A program made the translations under genes and the position numbers. A DNA stretch of 24,000 nucleotides from Ahniellaceae bacterium (GTDB lineage Bacteria; Pseudomonadota; Gammaproteobacteria; Xanthomonadales; Ahniellaceae), in the NCBI GenBank assembly GCA_044221335.1, contig JBGAPI010000043.1, positions 5,333 through 29,332 on the forward strand, in the 5' to 3' direction. This document shows, one piece after another, positions 18,762-24,000 of this stretch (within the stretch, counting starts at the first letter, position 1; each line of letters starts with the position of its first letter). Under the pieces are notes generated by a model, which did no database searches, was not told where the DNA came from, and saw only the letters and a list, made by a program, of their open reading frames with translations.

Positions 18762-18870
18762 TCCGTCATTGCGGGCGCAGCGAAGCAAGCCCGCGCCCTT
18801 GCTGTCGCGCGTGGCAGAGCAGCGGCGCTGGTTTGCTTCGTCGTCGCCGCGCTTCTCCTCGCAATGACGG
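18762..18870. repeat. inverted pair of CCGTCATTGCG...GAAGCAA units (palindromic intergenic element)
   Basis: The left unit from 18763 is CCGTCATTGCGGGCGCAGCGAAGCAA. The right unit, read on the reverse strand from 18870, is CCGTCATTGCGAGGAGAAGCGCGGCGACGACGAAGCAA. The terminal 11 bp are perfect inverted repeats (18763-18773 / 18860-18870). It sits in the convergent gap between 17730..18707(+) and the acyltransferase gene (-). Confidence 0.6.
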
Positions 18871-18958
18871 GGACTGAGGGAACACGGCCTTTCCTGAGCC
18901 CTGGGCCCTGGGCTCCGATCCCGGACCTCCAACTCCGTCCCGCCCGGACACCCCACCA

Positions 18959-19855
18959 TCACCGCCCATAGATCCGATCGGGCCCCGAGCCCTTCTCCCG
19001 GAACGAGAACCGCTTGTAGGTCCACTGGTACTGCGCCGGACACACGGCGACGCAGGCTTCGAGGCCGCGGTGCAGCGCGGCGACCGCAGCGACCGGGTCG
19101 GGATCCGCGATCGCCGCCTCGGCCGGCACGAAGTGCACGACATAGCCGGCGGCGGCGGGCAGGCGCTCGGCGAAGCCGAAGATCACCGGCGCGCCGGTCT
19201 TCTCGGCGAGTCGCGATAGCAGGGTCATGCTGCGGGTCGGCTGGCCGAAGAACGGCGCGTCGGCGCCTTCGCCGCCCTTCGGTCGCTGATCCGGAAGGAT
19301 GCCGACCATCCGGCCCTCCTTGAGACGCCGGAACAGGAGCCGCACACCCGCCGCCTCGGCCCGCACCGCCTCCGCGCCGAGGCGGCTCCTGGAACGCACC
19401 AGCAGGTCCTCGAATTCCGGCCGCTGCGGCACCCGGTAGAGGATGGTGAGCGGGCCGATCGTCGACAAGTAGAGATTCAGCAGTTCCCAGGCACCGAGGT
19501 GCGGCGCCGCGATCAGCACGCCCCGGCCGGCCGCGAGCGCGGCGTCGACGTGTTCGCGACCGCGCACCGCGTGGATCCGCGACAGCGCGCGCCGCGGATC
19601 ACCCGCCCACACCGGCGGCAATTCGGTGAAGCTCTTGCCGGTCTCCGCCAGCGTCGCGCGCAGGAACTGCCGCTGCTCGGCAGCCGACTTCTCCGGATAC
19701 ACCAGCTCGACGTTGCGCTTCGCCACCCGGTACTCGCGGGTGCCCGACAGCGCCACCAGACGCGCCAGCACCGCGCCGGCGACGTGCAGCAGACGCAGCG
19801 GGAGGGCGGCGGCGAGTCGGAGGCCGATCGACGCGATGCGGACGCGCAGGGTCAT
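18959..19855 (-). CDS. lipid A biosynthesis lauroyl/myristoyl acyltransferase family protein (LpxL/HtrB-like)
   Basis: Lies in track ORF 18959..19894(-). ATG 19855 gives [16 protein letters not shown]... It has the acyltransferase catalytic motif in the [11 protein letters not shown] context, then ILPDQRP and FFGQPT, which are typical of the LpxL family. Confidence 0.8.
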   Translation of the reverse strand: MTLRVRIASIGLRLAAALPLRLLHVAGAVLARLVALSGTREYRVAKRNVELVYPEKSAAEQRQFLRATLAETGKSFTELPPVWAGDPRRALSRIHAVRGREHVDAALAAGRGVLIAAPHLGAWELLNLYLSTIGPLTILYRVPQRPEFEDLLVRSRSRLGAEAVRAEAAGVRLLFRRLKEGRMVGILPDQRPKGGEGADAPFFGQPTRSMTLLSRLAEKTGAPVIFGFAERLPAAAGYVVHFVPAEAAIADPDPVAAVAALHRGLEACVAVCPAQYQWTYKRFSFREKGSGPDRIYGR

Positions 19856-19935
19856 CCGGCGATTGTGCGGATAATGGCGGGTCGCGCCAACCACGCGCGC
19901 CGCGGCTCGTCCGCGCCACCGGGAAGAACTCCACG

Positions 19936-20379
19936 ATGATCTCGCTGATCCAACGCGTCACCCGCGCCGCCGTCCATGTCGACGGCGAACTCGTCGGCGC
20001 CATCGAGCGCGGCCTGCTGGCGCTGGTCGCCGTCGAACCCGGCGATTCCGAGGCCAGCACCCGGCGGATGCTGGAACGCCTGCGGGGCTACCGGGTGTTC
20101 GAGGACGAGGCCGGCAAGATGAACCGCTCGCTTGCGGACATCGGCGGCGGCCTGCTGCTGGTCTCGCAATTCACCCTCGCCGCCGACACCGCGAAGGGCA
20201 TGCGCGCCAGCTTCACCTCGGCCGCGGCCCCCGAGGAGGCGCGGCGCTGGTTCGACCGGCTGGTCGAGCTCGCCCGCGCGGAGCACCCCATCGTCGCCAC
20301 CGGCCGCTTCGCCGCGAACATGCAGGTGAGCCTCGTCAACGACGGGCCGGTCACCTTCTGGCTCGAGGCGAGGGCGTAG
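19936..20379 (+). CDS. dtd: D-aminoacyl-tRNA deacylase
   Basis: 147 aa reading [33 protein letters not shown]...[18 protein letters not shown]...[10 protein letters not shown]. This is the canonical Dtd sequence pattern. Confidence 0.93.
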   Translation: MISLIQRVTRAAVHVDGELVGAIERGLLALVAVEPGDSEASTRRMLERLRGYRVFEDEAGKMNRSLADIGGGLLLVSQFTLAADTAKGMRASFTSAAAPEEARRWFDRLVELARAEHPIVATGRFAANMQVSLVNDGPVTFWLEARA

Positions 20380-20387
20380 GGCGCGCG

Positions 20388-20422
20388 GCGCGCCTGCGCC
20401 GAAACGCATCGCGCAGGCGCGC
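20388..20422. terminator. GC-rich 12-bp perfect stem-loop between convergent dtd and speA
   Basis: GCGCGCCTGCGC-N11-GCGCAGGCGCGC. There is no flanking T-run on either strand, so its function as an intrinsic terminator is uncertain. Confidence 0.45.
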
Positions 20423-20432
20423 GGAGCGGGCC

Positions 20433-22331
20433 CTACGGGGTAGCGTCGAGGTAGGTGTAGGCGGTCAGGCCCTGCTCCAGCGCCGCCTTCAGGCGCTCGT
20501 TCATTCCCGGCGTCAGGTCGGCGCGCTCGACCTTGGCGTTGAGGCGACGACGGAGGTCGGCGAGGTCGTAGCCGACCATCGTGAGCACGCGGTCGATGGT
20601 GTCGCCGCGACGGGCGTGCTCGAGCACCGCGCCGTCCGAACCGATGCGGACGTCGACGGAGTCGGTGTCGCCGAACAGGTTGTGGATGTCGCCCAGCGTC
20701 TCCTGGTAGGCGCCGACCATGAACAGGCCGAGGCGATAGGTCTCGCCGTGGCGGAGCTCGTGCAGCGGCAGGCTGGCGTCGACGCCCTCGGAGTCGACAT
20801 AGTGGTCGATGCGACCGTCGGAGTCGCAGGTGAGGTCCGCGATCACGCCGTGGCGGGTCGGGGTCTCGGCCAGCCGCTCGATCGGCACGATCGGGAACAC
20901 CTGGTCCAGCGCCCACACGTCGGGCACCGACTGGAACACCGAGAAGTTGACGAAGTACTTGTCGACCAGCTTCTCGTTCAGCTCGTCCAACGCCGCGCGA
21001 TGGCTGCGCTCGGTGTCCTTCAGCCGCGAGCGGACCTGGTGCGAGATCGCGTAGAACAGGTCGTCGAGCTGTGCGCGCTGGTCGAGGCCGAGCTGTCCCA
21101 GCGCGAACAGCGCCTGGCCCTCGGCGAGGTGGTGCTGCGCCTCGTGGTAGAGCTCCAGCGCCGGACGGCGGTCGAGTTCCGCCAGCACCTCGCGCAGGTG
21201 ACGGATCGCTGCCGCCTCGTCCTTTCCTTCGGGTGGCAGCGCGCCGGTCGGCGCCTGCTCGACCTCGCTGACATTGGCGATCAGCACCGCGTGGTGCGCC
21301 GTCAGCGCGCGGCCGGACTCGGTCAGCACGCGCGGCGGTGTCAGCTTCTCGGCGGCACAGGCCTCCGCCAGCGGACCGACGATGGTGGCGGCGTACTGGT
21401 CGAGCCCGTAGTTGATCGAGCATTCCGAGCGCGAGCGGGTGCCCTCGTAGTCGACGCCGAGACCGCCACCGACGTCCATGTAGCGGATATCGACGCCGAG
21501 CCGCGCCAGCTCGACGAAGTAGCGGGTCGCCTCGCGCATGCCGCCGGCGATGTCGCGCACGTTGGAGATCTGCGAGCCCATGTGGAAGTGCAGGAGCTTC
21601 AGCGTGTCGAGCTTGCCGGCGGCCTTCAGCGTCTGGACGAGGTCGAGGACCTGGCGCGGCGACAGGCCGAACTTGGCCTTGTCGCCGCCGGTGTTCTGCC
21701 ACTTGCCGGCGCCGAGCGAGGCCAGCCGCATGCGCACGCCGAACAGCGGCTCGACGCCCAGTGCCGCGGCCTCCTCGAGCGCGACCTCGAGCTCGGAGGG
21801 TTTCTCGATCACGATGAAGGTGTCGAGGCCGAGCTTGCGCCCGATCAGCGCCAGCCGGATGAATTCGCGGTCCTTGTAGCCGTTGCAGATCACCGTGCCG
21901 CCGGTCGAGAGCGCCAGCACCGCCATCAGCTCCGGTTTGGAGCCGGCCTCGAGGCCAAAGCCCAGCGCCGCACCTGGCGCGGACTTGCCCTGGTCGACCA
22001 GCTCGCCGGCCACGCTCATGTGCTGGTTGACCTTGATCGGATAGATCGCGGTGTAGCCGCCGGCGTAGTCGTATTCGGTCATCGCGCGGGCGAACGCGCC
22101 CTGCAGGCGAGCGAGCTTGTCGCCCAGGATGTCGGTGAAGCGGATCAGCAGCGGCAACTGCATGCCGCGCTGGTGGGCGGCGGCGACCACTTCGGTCAGC
22201 GCCACGGTCGGCCCCTCGGCGCCGCGCGGTCGCGCGACCACCCGGCCGGCGGCATCGACATCGAAATAGCCCTCGCTCCAGTGCGCGATCGAATACAGGT
22301 GACGCGCGCGATCGATCGCGGACTCGTTCAT
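20433..22331 (-). CDS. speA: biosynthetic arginine decarboxylase
   Basis: 632 aa, with the N-terminal YSIAHWSEGYFDVDAAG, a PLP-dependent fold-III decarboxylase core (YPIKVN, LLHFHMGSQ, GGGLGVDYEG) and the SpeA C-terminal region. ATG verified. Confidence 0.95.
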   Translation of the reverse strand: MNESAIDRARHLYSIAHWSEGYFDVDAAGRVVARPRGAEGPTVALTEVVAAAHQRGMQLPLLIRFTDILGDKLARLQGAFARAMTEYDYAGGYTAIYPIKVNQHMSVAGELVDQGKSAPGAALGFGLEAGSKPELMAVLALSTGGTVICNGYKDREFIRLALIGRKLGLDTFIVIEKPSELEVALEEAAALGVEPLFGVRMRLASLGAGKWQNTGGDKAKFGLSPRQVLDLVQTLKAAGKLDTLKLLHFHMGSQISNVRDIAGGMREATRYFVELARLGVDIRYMDVGGGLGVDYEGTRSRSECSINYGLDQYAATIVGPLAEACAAEKLTPPRVLTESGRALTAHHAVLIANVSEVEQAPTGALPPEGKDEAAAIRHLREVLAELDRRPALELYHEAQHHLAEGQALFALGQLGLDQRAQLDDLFYAISHQVRSRLKDTERSHRAALDELNEKLVDKYFVNFSVFQSVPDVWALDQVFPIVPIERLAETPTRHGVIADLTCDSDGRIDHYVDSEGVDASLPLHELRHGETYRLGLFMVGAYQETLGDIHNLFGDTDSVDVRIGSDGAVLEHARRGDTIDRVLTMVGYDLADLRRRLNAKVERADLTPGMNERLKAALEQGLTAYTYLDATP

Positions 22332-22347
22332 CCCGAAGACTCCAGCC

Positions 22348-22408
22348 GGAAAAAAGGGGCGCGTATTGTAGGGACTTTGCGCCGCTACAATGCGCGCCCC
22401 CTTTTTCC
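22348..22408. promoter_or_regulatory. near-perfect 24-nt inverted repeat with a TACAAT box on each strand, in the speA-speE divergent spacer
   Basis: The left arm is GGAAAAAAGGGGCGCGTATTGTAG (22348-22371). A 13-nt loop follows, then the right arm CTACAATGCGCGCCCCCTTTTTCC (22385-22408). The plus strand has TACAAT at 22386-22391 and the minus strand has TACAAT at 22370-22365. Confidence 0.5.
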
Positions 22409-22432
22409 GCCCGACCCCGCGGGAGTGCTGCC

Positions 22433-23281
22433 ATGACGCTCGACCAGAACTGGTTCTCGGAACCCTTCGAATTCTCCGGCTCGGCGATCTCGTTCCGGAT
22501 CACCGGCAAGCTGTGGGAGGAGAAGACCGCCTTCCAGCACATCGAGATCTACGACACCACCGACTGGGGCAAGCTGATGGTGATCGACGGCGCGGTGATG
22601 CTCACCACTCGCGACAACTTCCTCTACCACGAGATGATGTCGCACCCGGCGCTGTTCACCCATGCCCATCCGCGCAACGTCGTGATCATCGGCGGCGGCG
22701 ACTGCGGCACGCTGCGCGAGGTGCTGCGCCACGCCTCGGTCGAGACCGCCGTGCAGTGCGACATCGACGAGGGCGTGACCCGGGCGGCGTTGAAGTACTT
22801 CCCGGAACTCTGCGAGTCCAACGGCGACCCGCGCGCGACGTTGATGTTCGACGACGGAATCAAGTACATGCGCGAGCTGGCGCCGGACAGCGTCGATGTC
22901 GTGATCGTCGATTCGACCGATCCGGTCGGGCCGGCGGAGGGCCTGTTCAACGCCGCGTTCTACGCCTCCTGCTTCAGGGCGCTGCGCGACGGCGGCATCC
23001 TCGTCCAGCAGAGCGAATCGCCGCTGATCCACCTCGACCTGATCCGTTCGATGCGCGAGCACATCCGCGGCGCCGGCTTCGCCGCCGTGCGCACCCTGCC
23101 ATTCCCGCAGCCCTGCTACCCGACCGGCTGGTGGAGCTGCACGATGGCGCAGAAGAACGGCACGCTCGCCACCTTCCGGGCCGAAGCCGCCGCCCGCAAG
23201 GCCTTCGCCACTCGCTACTACAGCGCCGACGTGCATCGCGGCGCGCTGGCGGAGATCCCGTTCGTCGCCGCCGCCCTGTAG
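22433..23281 (+). CDS. speE: spermidine synthase (polyamine aminopropyltransferase)
   Basis: 282 aa with FQHIEIYDT..WGKLMVIDG, YHEMMSHP, VVIIGGGDCGTLREVL and VVIVDSTDPVGPAEGLF. A GGGAG Shine-Dalgarno sequence precedes the ATG. Confidence 0.93.
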   Translation: MTLDQNWFSEPFEFSGSAISFRITGKLWEEKTAFQHIEIYDTTDWGKLMVIDGAVMLTTRDNFLYHEMMSHPALFTHAHPRNVVIIGGGDCGTLREVLRHASVETAVQCDIDEGVTRAALKYFPELCESNGDPRATLMFDDGIKYMRELAPDSVDVVIVDSTDPVGPAEGLFNAAFYASCFRALRDGGILVQQSESPLIHLDLIRSMREHIRGAGFAAVRTLPFPQPCYPTGWWSCTMAQKNGTLATFRAEAAARKAFATRYYSADVHRGALAEIPFVAAAL

Positions 23282-23542
23282 AGTGGCGCTCGCGCCGCGC
23301 TGTGCACGCCGGACGGGCCAAAGCAGCGACCACGATCCCCTCTGCCCGCGGCGGCGTCCGGACGTCAGTCCGAACGGTCAACCGACGGCCCCGCAGCGCG
23401 TTGCCGTTCGATTGGACGGTCGTTTTCGACCCCCAGCCGGTCGACATCGGATGTTCCGGCACTTGAGCTGGTGCACAAATTTCAAACAATGGTAAACGTA
23501 CCCTAGACCCCCGTTCGACAGGATTCGCAGCAACCGATCACC

Positions 23543-24000
23543 ATGGGCACACCGCTGGTCTACTTCCTCTCCACCGGCCGCTGCGGCACGCAGTACGCGA
23601 CCGAGCTCTTGACCCGTGCCGCCCCGGAAAACGCCGTCGTGCTGCACGAGCCGCTCCGCGAGCGCTATGCGTCGCGCAAGATCCTGCGGGCGCCCAACCT
23701 CGCCAATCGCCTGCGCGAGTATCCGGCGGCGCGCGACCAGTTCGCCGAGGTGGAGAGGATCCACGCCGAGGGCCGGATCTACATCGAGACCGGCTGGCCG
23801 GTGTTCGGTTGGCTGCCGCTCCTGAAGGAGCGCTACGGCAACGACCTCGTGATCGTGCATCTGGTGCGGGAACCGATCCGCTTCGCCCATTCGATGGCCT
23901 CGCATTACCTGTACCGGCCCGAGTACCGCAAGGACCGCTACACCGAGCTGGCAGCGATCATGCCGACCGACCCGGGCTGCCGTTTCGACGCCTACGCCGA
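23543..24000 (+). CDS. sulfotransferase-family-like protein, N-terminal part (runs off the window end; not in the ORF track)
   Basis: My hand translation from ATG 23543 is MGTPLVYFLSTGRCGTQYATELLTRAAPENAVVLHEPLRERYASRKILRAPNLANRLREYPAARDQFAEVERIHAEGRIYIETGWPVFGWLPLLKERYGNDLVIVHLVREPIRFAHSMASHYLYRPEYRKDRYTELAAIMPTDPGCRFDAYA. There is no stop before 24000 and GC3 bias is strong. STGRCGTQY resembles the PAPS 5'-phosphosulfate loop. VHLVREPIRFAHS resembles the 3'-phosphate motif (RDP..R..S). Confidence 0.55.
   Translation, partial: MGTPLVYFLSTGRCGTQYATELLTRAAPENAVVLHEPLRERYASRKILRAPNLANRLREYPAARDQFAEVERIHAEGRIYIETGWPVFGWLPLLKERYGNDLVIVHLVREPIRFAHSMASHYLYRPEYRKDRYTELAAIMPTDPGCRFDAYA

Noticed and set aside
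19856-19935. Possible dtd promoter GATAAT at 19870-19875 in the acyltransferase-dtd divergent spacer.
   Set aside because: There is no acceptable -35 hexamer at 16-18 nt spacing, and a single -10-like hexamer is not enough to call a promoter.
19852-22542. 896-aa minus-strand ORF and 606-aa plus-strand ORF (20616..22436) overlapping dtd, speA and speE.
   Set aside because: They are off-frame or antisense shadows of dtd, speA and speE. The real genes have clear family motifs and verified ATG starts with Shine-Dalgarno sequences.
23469-23484. Sigma54-like element TGGTGCACAAATTTCA upstream of the sulfotransferase-like ORF.
   Set aside because: The -24 GG is present, but the -12 GC is TC and three other consensus positions differ. 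No enhancer-binding-protein gene is visible. I kept it only as a caveat inside the related finding.

Overview
The sequence is very GC-rich with strong GC3 codon bias, and gene content and order suggest a gammaproteobacterial chromosome of the Xanthomonadales/Lysobacterales type. This taxonomic call is an inference. The window is mostly core housekeeping DNA.

From left to right on the minus strand it holds:
- an MCE-type lipid ABC transporter (STAS-fused MlaE-like permease, MlaF-like ATPase, start of an MlaD-like gene);
- rlmI;
- a complete F1Fo ATP synthase operon (atpI-B-E-F-H-A-G-[extra lipoprotein gene]-D-C) with a good sigma70 promoter and an intrinsic terminator;
- a PLDc_N/TPR membrane protein, nudC and erpA;
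- a bactofilin gene translationally coupled to a membrane coiled-coil protein.

A plus-strand cluster of four poorly characterised genes follows: an HD-like phosphohydrolase, a stand-alone TfoX C-terminal domain protein, a beta-barrel-like exported protein and a secreted protein. After that come an LpxL-family acyltransferase, dtd, divergent speA/speE, and a sulfotransferase-like ORF that is missing from the ORF track because it runs off the window end.

I found no rRNA, tRNA, CRISPR array, transposase, integrase or recognisable defence genes. I do not see a convincing novel multi-gene system.

The observations most worth a second look are:
- a cysteine-rich lipoprotein gene inserted between atpG and atpD;
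- REP-like and palindromic elements in the atp intergenic spacers, one carrying a G-quadruplex-type motif;
- a near-perfect 24-nt palindrome with twin TACAAT boxes between speA and speE;
- the bactofilin and membrane-partner pair;
- the uncharacterised four-gene cluster.

Many long ORFs in the track are antisense shadows typical of high-GC DNA and were rejected.
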